Assembly (NCBI RefSeq): GCF_006345805.1
Contig: NC_043000.1
Coordinates: forward strand, 62,806,001-62,870,000
Direction of reading: 5' to 3'
Origin: Octopus sinensis
Taxonomy: Eukaryota
DNA: 64,000 nt
Part shown: positions 39,465 through 51,841 of the stretch, one piece after another
Layout: each line of letters starts with the position of its first letter
Position numbering within the stretch: position 1 is the first letter of the stretch
Notes under the pieces: model-generated
Told to the model about the DNA's origin: nothing
The model's input: the letters and a program-made list of their open reading frames with translations, nothing else
The model's database searches: none
Program-made: the position numbers and the translations under genes

Positions 39465-39635
39465 CATATACATATATACGACGGGCTCCTTTCAGTTTCC
39501 TTCTCTCAAATCTACTCACAAGGCTTTGGTCAGCCCGAGGCTATAGTAGAAGACACTTGTCCAAGGTGCCATGCAGTGGGATCGAACCCGGAACCATGTG
39601 GTTGGTAAGCAAGCTACTATACACACAGTCACTCC
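39235..39635 (-). mobile_element. SINE family A, young copy highly similar to 11085-11468
   Basis: Long near-identity to the 11.1-kb copy by eye; B-box GGTTCGATCCC on the minus strand. Confidence 0.85.
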
Positions 39636-42614
39636 TACAAACTATTTTAGCAGATCAACTTAATGCACCAATACAAATATCACTAGACACTGTGCAAATG
39701 AACAAATAACAAACTGTCAACAATCAGTTCACTTAGTGAACTACTGTTATCATCTGTAGTCATAGGCTGCACAGACAGATGAGGTATTTCAGCTAGGGAA
39801 AGACCAATGGGACTAAAACTCAGGCCAGACATTCATGTCTCATCACTTGATCGGGACGTCTGGCATGAAAGAGTTACACTGATTCGGGCAAGTCGCCCGA
39901 CCTGAATGGACAGATGGATGAATCAATGGCTGGATGAGAATAAGCAATAACAACAACAGCAACAACATCGTTGCCGTCACCATCATTGTCATTATCATAA
40001 TCATTTTATGCCAGTTTCCAATGCTGGCATGAGTAGGATGAATTGTCACAGTCCAAGTTAGTTCTTATTCAGAATTATTGCTCCACTCCACCCTTAGTTC
40101 ATCTGGGGACCATGTCTCAATTACACATTCCATCTCTTTTACTGAAATCCTACTGAATGACTCATTTACTATCTGTCATTCAGTAGGATTTCATATTTCT
40201 GCTATAAACTTTGAGGTAGAATACTTAAGTTCTGTATCAACTTTAGGTTTGTTCAACACACTATCCTGTATTTTCTTTACCTGATTTCCAGTCAGATACT
40301 ACCTCTCCCTTTCCTAAATGGTGAACATTCAGTATATTATATTAAATACACATCTATTAATACTTACATTTATTTCTCATTCTCTGTACTACTTACAAAT
40401 GTGGCATAATATCATTTGAACATCTGGAATTCATTTGATAAATCTATGTATTATAATGTTAATGATACTGTTTTAGTATCCCTGAAATGTTAACATGACT
40501 TAAATAAAATTGAAAACATTCTGTGTCTGGGCTGGATGCAGCATTTTGCCTGCTCTTTTTTTTTTTAATCATTTTTTTGCATTTACTTGTTTCAGTCATT
40601 GGGCTATGGCCATGTTGGGGCACTGCCTTGTAAGGTTTACTATTTACTTTTTTTTAAGCCTGTTACTTATTATGTTAGGTTCTTATTGCTGAAGTGCTAA
40701 TTAATGGGTGTATAAGCAATTTAACACTGGTTATCAAGCAGTAATATGAGACGAACACAATCACAGAGACACACAAACATAGATGTATACACATATACAA
40801 CAGGCTTATTTTAGTTTTTGCCAACCAGATCCACTCATAAAGCTTTGGTTGGCCTGGGGCTATATTAGATGACATTGGTCCAGGGTGCCATGTAGTAGGA
40901 CTGAATCCATAACTTTGAGGTTGAGAAGCAAATGTCTTACCACAAAGTCACACCTCCGATATGGCAATAGATACTGAGCAATGTGATGCTGACTCCTCTG
41001 GTCATCTGTGCAATATGGACCAAAATCACTCTAGCTGTGGCAATATCACCAGTGCTGCCAGCCCCCCCATTGTTACAGTAGGGTCATGGCACCAATCAAA
41101 AGCACCAGCAAAAGCCCTGCCAGTGTCATCAGTGCAAAGCGGAACCCAGTGGAGAGTTTTCCACATGGCACGGTCCTCGTGATTGGTGTGGCAAAACAGC
41201 TTCACAGTCTTAATGTTGGTGATCATGTTAAAAACCTGTCCTGTGATCATAGCGCATGAAGTGGCATGTGCTTTAGAGTGACATAAGCAAATGTCTTTTT
41301 TTATCATGAGGCCAACACTTCACCTTTCCTTGAAATTTTTGGGGATTTTAGAGGATTTTTTTCTTGTAAGATCTTGGCTACTGCAGCAGTTCTTGAGATG
41401 TTGTATGACTTTTATTGAGAAGCTGGCATACTACTTTTTTATGACTTTAGTTGGGAGAAAAGGGCCAGTGACCATGACCTTCCAAAGTCTTCTGAGACTG
41501 GGGAGAATGATACAGTTGATTTTTTTTGCTTCAACTTCTATAAGCTGATGTTTACTGGAAATAAGTGGCTGGAGAGGGTGGAGGAAGGATAGGGTAAAGT
41601 GGTTAGTATGTGGACTGGTAGGTGATTGCCAGTAGAGATGATGAGAGAATGAGATGTAAGTATCTTTCATCTTAATCTTTTACTTGTTGCAGTCACTAGA
41701 CTGAAGCCATGTTGGGGCACCAACTCAAAGGATTTTTTTGTGAAATGAATCAGCTCCAGTACTTTTTTTTTTTTTAACCTTGGTACATATTCTATAGATC
41801 TCTTTTGCTGGACCACTAAGTTACAGGGGATGTAAGCACACCAACACCAGTTGTCAAGCAATGATGGAGGACAAACAAAGATACAAAGGTACACATACAC
41901 ACACACACAAATATATAAATATAATGAGCTTTTTCAGTTTTCATTTACCAGATCCACTCACAAGGCTTTGGTAGGCTGTGGTAGAAGACACTTGCCCAGG
42001 GTGTCATGCAGTGGGAGTGCACTCAGAACCATGTGGTTGTGAAGCAAGCTTCTTACTACACAGCCACATATGCTGGAGGCAGTAGCAAACTAATTAGTTT
42101 TGATTTTAATTGAAAATTGATCAAGGCTAGTGAAGGTGAGACAGAGATTGCTTCTTTGATATGAGAAGTGATTGTATTTTTGTAGGTTGTACTAGATTGC
42201 AATGTTTGAAGGTGTGTGTCCTTTTAGTTGTTATTATGATTATTATGTTGTGGGCTTGATTTTTGAACTGGGAGGCATGATGTGATCTTGAGCAAAACAC
42301 TTCACTTCATGTTACTTCAATCCACCCAGCTGAAAGCCAGTACAAGCAGCTGCTAGAGGAGATGGCGTTAACCTTTGTGACAAACTAGCATCTCATTCAG
42401 TGGTGAATCTTGTACATGCAGTCACTTAAACACCAGAGAAACTTGGATGATTTCAAGATTATATGCTCAAGAAGGAGACTGTCATGTGAACACAGAAGGA
42501 TGTCTTTAAAAACTTAATACTTAAGGCACAAGCATGGCACTTTGGGCAAATGTCTTCTACGATAGCCTTGACTGACCAAAGCCTTGAGAGTAGATTTGGT
42601 AGAAGCCTATCATA

Positions 42615-43490
42615 TGAGGGTACCCAAAAGAAACCGGAATTTTGCATTGTTATTTCATTCATTTGGTTTTACATGTTTACACTTTTATTGCCTTCAAAGT
42701 ATTCTCCATTTGAAGCAATGCATTGGTCCAGACACTTTTACACTAGTGGAAGCAATGGTGGAACTCTTTGCTAAGTGATGCCTTTTAACGTCTCCATCAT
42801 TTTTTTCTTCACCTCTTCCACATCTGTAAAATCTGTAGCACCAGCTTTCATCACCAGTGATGACCTTCGAAAAATGGCTCAGATCAACTTCCAACTGTTC
42901 TTTCAGCTCACGACATGCATTCAGTCGTGACTGCTTTTGATCTTCTGTAACCAAGTGAGGCACAAATTTTGCTGCAACTCTTTTCATTCACAATTCCTTA
43001 CTCAAAATTCGTTGGCAGGAGCTCCAGAACACACCAGTCATATCAACAAGTTCGTCACTTGTTCAGTGATGGTCCTCCAAGATCAGTTCATGAATTTTCA
43101 TATTTTTATTGGATCAGGAAGTCAATGTCGCCCTGAACAAAGTTGGTCCTAAAACGTGACAACCACTCTTAAACTTGTGTTTTGCTCATGGCAGCAGCTT
43201 TGTAAGCTGGTTGAAGCATGACATCTGTTTCAGCTGCCGTTTTTCCCAACAGAAAACAGAATTTCACAAAAGCATGCTGTTCCTTTATTTCACCCATCAT
43301 AAAAATTGACTACTAGAGAGAAGCACTGCAAAACAAAGACACACAATGTGGCAGTATGACCCCACTCGACAACACCAGTCGGTGAACTGATGCCCAAGGG
43401 TTGCATCAAGTGGCTTCTAGCAGTGAAAGCCTGAACTACAACGAGCTTCTCCCCAGAGAATGCTTCTGGTTACTTTCGGGTACTCCCTAG
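42615..43490 (-). mobile_element. Internally deleted mariner (irritans/Hsmar2-like)
   Basis: Imperfect TIRs (t/c)GAGGGTACCCAAAAGAAACC and GGTTACTTTCGGGTACTCCCTAG with TA flanks; ORF MKRVAAKFVPHLVTEDQK...FSKVITGDESWCY. Confidence 0.85.
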
Positions 43491-43907
43491 TAGCTGTATA
43501 TTTTTACATCTGTATTTGTTCCCTACCATTGCTTGACAACCAATGTTGGTGTGTTTACATCCCTGTAACTTAGCAGTTCAGCAAAAGTGACTGATAGAAT
43601 AAGTACCAGGCTTTAAGAAATTAAGTACTGGAGTTGATTCATTCAATTAAAAAAAAAAAATTTCTTCAAGGTAGTGCCCCAGCATGGCCACAGTCTAAAG
43701 ACTGAAACAAGTAAAAGAAAGATAAGAGATTATGCAAGTTTCTGCCAAACGTTAATCCATAATGAATTTGTGAATAAAAATAACAATCAAAAATAACACA
43801 TAATAGTTAGTTTACCATGAGAAGCGAAAAGATCTAATGCTTCAGGCAGATATTGTTCAACTTTAGCATTAAATGTAATATAACTACAGTCAATAAGATG
43901 ATCTTAC

Positions 43908-44150
43908 CTCATCTACCATTATAGTTGAGATGGATCGTCCAATTTCATAGACCTTCCCATGACTTCCAGGTGGTCCCAAACAGAAAAAAACAAACCGAGT
44001 TGGAAGCGGCACTTCAGCCATGTCCATTAATCTTGGATGCTGGAGTCTGATGAAAGCCGTCACTTGATATTTAAGACTGTCTATTTCACCAACCAAAATA
44101 TTTGCCACTTCTGCTCCCGTAGGTATCTTCTTCATAAATTGTTCATTCAG
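43908..44150 (-). CDS. SLC4: SLC4 NCBT exon (LNEQFMKKIPTGAEVANILVGE...EVPLPTRFVFFCLGPPG...YEIGRSISTIMVDE)
   Basis: attttttcag|CTG and GAG|gtaaga; 243 nt; hallmark Band-3 cytoplasmic-domain motifs FMKKIP, EVPxPTRF and EIGR. Confidence 0.97.
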
Positions 44151-44559
44151 CTGAAAAAATAAACAAAATATACCTTAGCTCACTAGGATATTCACAACTA
44201 TGTATATATACATATATATACATACACATATACACACACACATACACATATATATATATGGGTTTATTCATATTCTTACAACATGCTACTGTTGTTTCAG
44301 CACAAAGCAAATGTTTTTAGCTGCAATTAGAGATAACTTCTCTAATGAAGCTTAATGAACATTTACTTTGCAAAAAGAACAGTGACCATATTGTAAGAAG
44401 GTAAAAATCAACCCATTTATGAAAACACAGCACTTGGTCTTCAACACTGAATTTTTTTATAACTGAGTACTAATGCAATTATCAGATACATTGAAAGAAA
44501 AAGAGTGGAGATAAATATTAGGAAATTTTAAGATAAATTTAATGTAGTTAGATTGCTTT

Positions 44560-44682
44560 TGTAATTATTTACATTGTTTACATTTGACGGATATTTGTCC
44601 TCTTCTTGTTTGTTGTTAACACAACGTTTTGGCTGATGTACCCTCTAGCCTTCATCAGGTGTCTCGGGGAAATTTTGAGCCT
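44560..44682 (-). mobile_element. Penelope-like element terminal fragment with degenerate hammerhead-like motif
   Basis: Minus strand GACAC-CTGATGA-AGGCT...AGCC-AAAA-CGTT-GTGTT; resembles PLE pseudo-LTR ends. Confidence 0.5.
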
Positions 44683-45734
44683 TAAATATAGAACTGTACT
44701 TTTTGTAATGCCTATGTAAAGTAAACAAATGTTGATAAAGTTTTTTTATTGAGGAGATTGCCTATGAAACCATAGGTGGGTGATCACTTGTTAAAAAATC
44801 AGTGCCCCTTACATATGAAGAGAATTTCATATCAATTGCTATTTAAATCAGTCACAAACTGGTACTTATCAGAAATAGCTAGACTAATTTGCACATCATG
44901 CATTAGTTGGTATTGTGATTAAATATTTGAATATTAATTTACACAGAAAATTAGTATAAAAACAACATTAGCAGAAACAACATATACTGTATGTTATACA
45001 ATGCAAGGCAGGCGTCTCTATAAAGTCACTCAGCCTACTGCAAATATAACATACTGCTAACACTATGGTATACACCAGTTGTTTCTTTCTTTTTATTTTT
45101 AATTTTTATTTAATTTTTATGGTTTAGTGACCCTATTTTCCTGTTTGAAGTTTAAATTTTTTCCACACAGGATTCCTTTGTCTCTTCACTTCAGATAGAA
45201 AATTACAGTGCCAGCTATGGTGCAATAATTGCCAGCCATGCCAAACCCTGACCAGCTAAACAGTAACACAGCAATACCAGTATCTATTAATGACAGCTCA
45301 ATGACAGAAACAACAAATAGTGGAATCCCTATCTGTCCTCAGAAAATGAAAAAATAAACATCATAATCAGTAGATTTAAAGTTGTAATTCTTATTTTCCT
45401 ATCAAAACAGAATGTGTCTCTGGCAGTTTTTTTATATTCCTTTAATTCTTCCTAGCAACAGAACAGTATATTTCTTTCTTTCTCACTCTACCACCCAGCA
45501 ACAAGTATTTTCTTCTATTTGCTTTCTGTCACATGAAAATTTATGTATTTACTTTTGGTCTGGTCAGGGTGGAATGGAAGCGAATTTTTAGAAGGCATAC
45601 TTTTCCCTACAGTCAACTGGTATTTCACACTGAACTGGTTATGACACTTAATGTACCTTGGCTCTAGTATACCTATTTCTTTACTACCCACAAGTGGCTA
45701 AACACAGAGAGGACAAACAAGGACAGACAAAGGG

Positions 45735-45906
45735 ATTAAGTCGATTATATCAACCCCAGTGCTTAACTGGTACTTAATTTATTGACCCCAAAAGGATGAA
45801 AGGCAAAGTCGACCTCGGCGGAATTTGAACTCAGAACGTAACGGCAGACGAAATACTGCTAAGCATTTCGCCCGACGTGCGAACGATTCTGCCAGCTCGC
45901 CGCCTT
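45735..45906 (-). mobile_element. tRNA-derived SINE family B
   Basis: Minus strand GGCGGCGAGCTGGCAGAATCG...GAGTTCAAATTCCGCCGAGGTCGACTTTGCCTTTCATCC; central motif recalls Sauria/Meta-type SINE bodies. Other copies at about 1190-1402, 10790-11030 (+), 17563-17740, 33360-33545, 33965-34160, 36020-36330, 47520-47690, 50875-51095, 55425-55610 and 62740-62830 (+). Confidence 0.8.
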
Positions 45907-46510
45907 CATACCGCTCTGGTATATCTTAAATACCCAGGAGGGGTGCAGTGTAAACAGTAGCAAAATATGTAGTAACAGAGAAGTATCATGAGTCATGATA
46001 ATTTTGCAGTTTAGTCCCTTTAGAAGGTAGGAACTAAGGGCCAAAACATTTGCACGGGTGAGACATTACTGAGGACGTTTCTGTTGTTCAGGTCTTCTAA
46101 AGAGTCTCTTACTACCTACCACACATACACACCACCACCACACACACCACTCGCACATTGGCATGAATAAACGACACAATACACGTAGCAACTAAGATAT
46201 TCAACTGAACAATGTAAGCCTTTTTTGAAACCTCTAGTTAAATACCACGATCCTTACTTGGTGTTCATTTCGTGGTGACACGAAAGTAAATCATACATGT
46301 AAATATGTGTTTACAAAACACTAATATTGTCGTTCATTTCACGTTTCTCCAGTCCAACTTGTATGAAAGCAAAAATGTAGCATCACAGGATACAATCCTA
46401 ATCCCAAGTAGAACAAACAATTGTAACACGAGCCAACGAAGGAATTCTCCGAATGGTCAATCGATGTACAAGAAATAGCAGCCAAATCTTCCCCTAATTA
46501 TACCTACTAC

Positions 46511-46668
46511 CAGGGGTAGACTGAGAGTATAACGGGCACTCGGGCATAACTGTTTACCGAGCCACTTTGAATGGGTGTTTTAGTAGAGTTAACATGTAAA
46601 GTGCGGGGCCCTCAGAGGTCCGGACCCTCGGGCAGTGTCCAATTGACCGACAGCTCAGTCCGCCCCTG
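46511..46668. mobile_element. hAT-type MITE
   Basis: TIRs CAGGGGTAGACTGAG and CTCAGTCCGCCCCTG; flanking 8-mers cctactac and cctacatc (6/8 match, putative TSD). Confidence 0.7.
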
Positions 46669-47362
46669 CCTACATCATTAAAAAAAAAAGGAAGGACATA
46701 TAACTTAGTCGAAGAGACATTACGCTTGAGAAAATAAAATAAAAATAAGAAAGACGCGATGACCAGGATTGATACATCTTTGTTCATACGTCTATCTGCT
46801 TGATCAAGGATGACCTGGGGTTAAACATCAACAACTGCAACTCTAATAACGACAACACGAATACTTATTAGTTTTAAATTAGGTTACTTTCTTTTTATTT
46901 CAACTGGTAAACTAAGAGTTGTTCGTTGTAGCCGCGCTTTATTATACCAGCTGTATGATTAATTAAAGACTGGAATGCATGCTAAATAAATAAGTGTAAA
47001 ATGATAAAATATCTGAATGTGTTACAGTGCCGACATTATTTCATAAACTGCTTTCCCCATTGACCCCGAAAGAAAATTCCACGAAGTTCAAAAACTTCAC
47101 TCCACGCCTTTACAAACAATGTCAATAATGATGAAGACGACGACGATGATGATGGTAGTGGTGGCGGTGGTGGTGTTGGTAGTTTTTATAGTGATGACGA
47201 TGATTACGGTGATGTGATTATGAAGAAGATGCGTTGAGTAAGCATATTCTCTCTCTCTCTTTCTTTGTATCACTCACTTTCTCACACACTCTCTTTCTCG
47301 TTCTTTGTATCGTTCACTTTCTCCTATGCTTGCATTTGTTTGTGTGTGTGTGTGTGAGAGAG

Positions 47363-47409
<47 letters not shown>

Positions 47410-47949
47410 GTCGTGAAATATGCAAGTTAGTTTAACGTATCATCACGTGATGTATATGTATCATCATCATCACCATTTAATGTCCGTTTTTCATGCTGAT
47501 ATCGGTTCGACGGATATATCAAAGCCTGAAATTCAGGAGTAAGGGGCTTATCGATTATATCGATCACCCCACCCCCAGTGCCTGATTAGCACTTATTTCA
47601 TCAACCTCTTAAGTATGAAAGATAAAGTCAACCCTCGGTGGAATTTGAGATCAGAACATGCCGCTAAGCGTTTTGTCCGGCGTGCGAATGTCGAATTATG
47701 ATGAAAAATTTTTTTACATTAAACTAAAGAATTATTCAACACCTTGTGCTAAATGCAAATTTATTATTCTTAAACAAGAATAGTACTGACAGTAACTTCG
47801 AAGCTTCAACCAACTAAGCCATGATTCTATGCCATCTCCACGTCTCCATCTTCTCCAATTTGTAACACGTTTATAGAAGTGCGGCGGTATGATTATTATC
47901 TTATTTGTAAGCCTTTCGAAGTTACTTTAACAACTTTATTAGACTTCAG

Positions 47950-48612
47950 GGATCTTTTCCTTTTGAAGGGCAGTTTGTAACATAATTTTAACCAATCATT
48001 TACCTCCATTGACGTAAATAACATTTTGTGCATAATGAATATGTCCCTCGTTTAAGAAACAGATTGGGTTTATTTACATTCGTGAAGAAAAAAGATACCC
48101 TTCCCCCACCCCTAATCCTAACTAACCATAACTCTAACCCTAAATCTAAAATAGATTGAAATGCAATAGATCGATACTAGGGTTATAATTATGGGTGACA
48201 ATTTCATACGACACCGCTAAGTTTTTTATAGCGGTGTTGTATGAAATTGTCACCCATAATTATAACCCTAGTATCGATCTATTGCATTTCAATCTGTTTT
48301 GCTGTTAGGGTTAGGGGTGGGGGGAGGGTATCTTTTTTCTTCACGAATGTAAATAAACCCAATCTGTTTCTTAAACGAGGGACATATTCATTATGCACAG
48401 AATGTTATTTACGTCAATGGAAGTAATTGATTGGTTAAAATTGCCGAAATGCAAGAAATTTTAGACGAAATATGTTACAACCTATAGAATTTTCTCAATA
48501 AAGCCAAGAGAAAATGATGTTTTATAAACACATTCTACCAGTATACGAAGTTTAAAATTTTTTAGTTACCTAGAAATTATGTTACAAACTGCCGTTCAAA
48601 AGGAAAAGATCC
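47950..48612. repeat. Large foldback: two inverted copies of a non-autonomous DNA element joined tail to tail
   Basis: GGATCTTTTCCTTTTGAA...GACACCGCTA mirrored by TAGCGGTGTT...TTCAAAAGGAAAAGATCC; centre about 48220-48228; right arm has an extra about 135 bp; (TAACCC)-like tracts. Confidence 0.9.
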
Positions 48613-49189
48613 GATTTTTGTTTTAAACAAATGTATTGCAATTAAAACCATTAAATTTTTCAATACATAGAAAAAAATTTTAAATAATAAAATGCTAAAG
48701 GGTTATTAGACAGATCATTTTGCAACTTCTAAGCGTCTGCATACTAGTTCCGTTTATTCAAGGTATCCAAGTCTATTTTTGTATTTTCCCTGCTTGTTTG
48801 GTTTTGAGATATATGTATCGAAAACCAAAAGAGCGTCAAAATAATAAACGCTGAACACATCAAAAATACCAAAGCTAAAGCACACGAATCACTTAACATA
48901 CGTAAAGCTCCCGCTGCTTCCAAAAAGGGACCAACAGAACTACAAAAACCATCACACAGCCTGTGTTAGAATATATGGCTACTGTCATTTTTAACATGAA
49001 CAACGACAAACTATATACAAACTATCCCTGGACTTCGACTGCAATCAGTACACGTGACATTACACACGAGACACCAGCGCAACACACCAATTAAAATGCA
49101 TACTTCCACTAAGCCCTTGTTTCATGTGCGCACACTCACACACACGTTTTACAACCACTAACGCAAAAGAAAGTAGAAAAGCACTCGGA

Positions 49190-49432
49190 GAGCGTAGACC
49201 TCCGCCAAGCAGCTCATTTCCACGCATGCTGAAAATCGCACAATTTCCCAAACCGGTTTTAGCCCCTACTCCTCTACCATAAACATTCCCGGATCACTAC
49301 CAACATTTCATCATCTGTTCCTTGTGTTATTACCAACTTTTCCTGCAAGTTTCATCTAATACCGTTCACAACTTTTTGAGTTATTTTGCACACAGATGGA
49401 CAAACCAACGCCAATGAAAACATAACCTCCAT
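49190..49432 (+). mobile_element. Helentron-associated (HINE-like) non-autonomous element fragment
   Basis: AGACCTCCGCCAAG near the left end and GAAAACATAACCTCC at the right, as recalled for the CCTCCGCCAAGGAGGTTATGTTTTC element class. Confidence 0.45.
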
Positions 49433-49652
49433 AATTAATATGCACATAAATTATCATGTGCACAAAAGGTTAGTTGCCTAAAATGATGTAATTAATAATT
49501 ACACTTATTATGCGTTCAGTGTAGACATAGGTTTGTCACTGGAAAATATTTGAACAAGATATTTTTGCGCAAAGACATTACGTATTCCATAGACATCTCT
49601 ATGTCACAATAGAATTAACAAAAGAAAGCATTCACAAACAGAATAAGCTTAC

Positions 49653-49685
49653 CTCATAAAGGGTCCTTGTACTTTCTCCTCTATA
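49653..49685 (-). CDS. Candidate 33-nt cassette microexon of SLC4 (YRGESTRTLYE)
   Basis: Strong donor GAG|gtaagc, T-rich acceptor gtttgttcgtttgtgttgaag|; 11 codons, phase 0-0, no stop. No homology support. Confidence 0.4.
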
Positions 49686-50251
49686 CTTCAACACAAACGA
49701 ACAAACACTACACTGACTAACAAATATACAAGTTAAATTTTGAACCAATAAATACCTTTATACCCTTCATTCATTCATGCCTACACCATGTACATAACCA
49801 CATTTTTTTGCACTTGTCCCCATCTGTAGGACCCACAGCCGCTAGATTGTCCTTTTCTTTGAACACTCACACACGTGCCCACCAATAAGACACCAGCGAG
49901 GCAGTAAGGGAATTCGACCTGCTAAGTAATAGCTGCAAAATCTCCCTGAAAATTATATCATTCTTTTAAAAAAGGGAATGGGCGGGCTGGACAATATATC
50001 CTTAGATATTACCAAAATGTCGGCTTGAATTCTTTTGATCATAGATCAGCCTGATCAGGGATGACCGATGGTTAAAAAAATAAATAGATACATATTTTAT
50101 GGCAAATTCCTGTGGAATTAACCCATCTTGACAGGTTAGATTGAACTCTGGTAAGAATAATTGAGGGAGCTTTCTAAACCTTGTTTTCTTTGAAAGGGGT
50201 GCTAAAAACAACAACAGTGACGAATGATGACAATGACAAGAATGACACTAC

Positions 50252-50373
50252 CTTTAGAGAAGATGCTGATTCTGGAAGTCCACCATTCATCATTTCAATA
50301 TTTGGACTACTGTTGATTCCTTTTAGCAAAGAGTCTGGCTTCGTTGGGGCCAACGTTGAGTGACTCGAACCCT
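50252..50373 (-). CDS. SLC4: SLC4 NCBT exon, variable N-domain linker (GSSHSTLAPTKPDSLLKGINSSPNIEMMNGGLPESASSLK)
   Basis: Acceptor cttttattttatcgtag|AG, donor AAG|gtagtg; 122 nt. Open only in the frame joining the upstream phase-1 exon to the downstream phase-0 exon. NGG..S motif precedes FMKKIP as in NCBTs. Confidence 0.8.
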
Positions 50374-51609
50374 CTACGATAAAATAAAAGCAAAATTATT
50401 GTTTACAGGTACAAATACATCAACTTACTTTCAACTAGCTAATTTTTTTGTAACGCTTTTGGTTCATCATGTTTCCACTGCTAAGTCGTTGAACAAATAA
50501 CAGATATCTTTTAATTAATGACTGTTATTTTGTCCTCCAAGCATTGTTTTTACTTGTAACATTACAAATGTTGGTCACATATAAAATACAACATGAATAG
50601 AAACAAAAAAGTAAATGGTAATATGAAGAACAATAATTCTTTGATGTTTGGTATAATGGCAAGTACACATGTTGAAAGATTATATCTTAATTCTAGAGAA
50701 CTTTTGGAATAAGAAAATTGCATTAAAAATGTTATAAATCGGAAGCTGGTTTATCTCTGATGTTACTCCAAATGTACAAAAGTGTAATGACATGCAATTG
50801 TTTTCTTCCTGTAAAAGGTTTGAATAATTCTACTAAATATTTGAATGCATGAAGTCGCGAAAATAGTGATTTCTAATATTGGTTTCAAATTTTGGCACTA
50901 GGCAGCAATTTGGGGGGAGGAGGTAAGTCGATTACGTCCATCCGAGTGCCCAACTAGTACTTATTTTATCGACCACGAAAGGATGAAAGGCAAAATCGAC
51001 CTCGGCGGAATTTGAACTCAGAACATAAAGACAGACGAAATGCCACTAAGCATTTTGCCCAGCGTGCTAACGATTCTGCCAGCTCGCTGCCTTAATGATT
51101 TCTAATATTGGTTCAAAGCCAACTATTTCGGGTGTAGTCGATTAAATTAACTTTAAAGTTTGACTTGGAGCAAACATTGCTTTCTACTAAAATAATAAAT
51201 TACAGTCAAAATTTATGTAACACAGTGTATTAAATCGTTTATAATATTACTGTACAATTGGATATATCTTTGAATTTCTTGTAATTAAAGACTTTATTCT
51301 CCAAGGTTTCCATTGCTGAATAATTTTATAAATGATCGTACTACTATATAAAAAAACACAATGCATTTATCGGTGGATTAACACGAAATAACGGCCACAT
51401 GTCTTCAAATTACACCCTACCATCTTTTACAATGTGACCGACAAAAGAACGAGATGTTTAGAGCTGTAACTTCTTGTTCATTCAGAGCTGTCCGGTCATT
51501 AAATAGTTGCAGCAGTAGCACATATACTACACTTATGACAGGCTTTTTATTTTATCCTGTACCCATTTAGAAGCTATTTTGTTTGTTTGTTTGTGTGTGT
51601 GTGTGCGTG

Positions 51610-51614
51610 TGTAC

Positions 51615-51647
<33 letters not shown>

Positions 51648-51670
51648 CGTACTTGCAGATTTACATGTAT

Positions 51671-51715
<45 letters not shown>

Positions 51716-51725
51716 CTCACATATA

Positions 51726-51765
<40 letters not shown>

Positions 51766-51808
51766 CATAACTATATATACATACATATATATGCGTACAT
51801 ATATATAT

Positions 51809-51841
<33 letters not shown>

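Noticed and set aside
40940-41520. GC-richer stretch with a faint LINE-like C-terminal reading
   Set aside because: No diagnostic motif; probably an old TE but could not be classified.
47110-47240. Acidic/Gly-rich plus-strand reading followed by GTAAGC
   Set aside because: Derived from (GAT/GAC/GGT)n repeats, and a stop precedes the donor.
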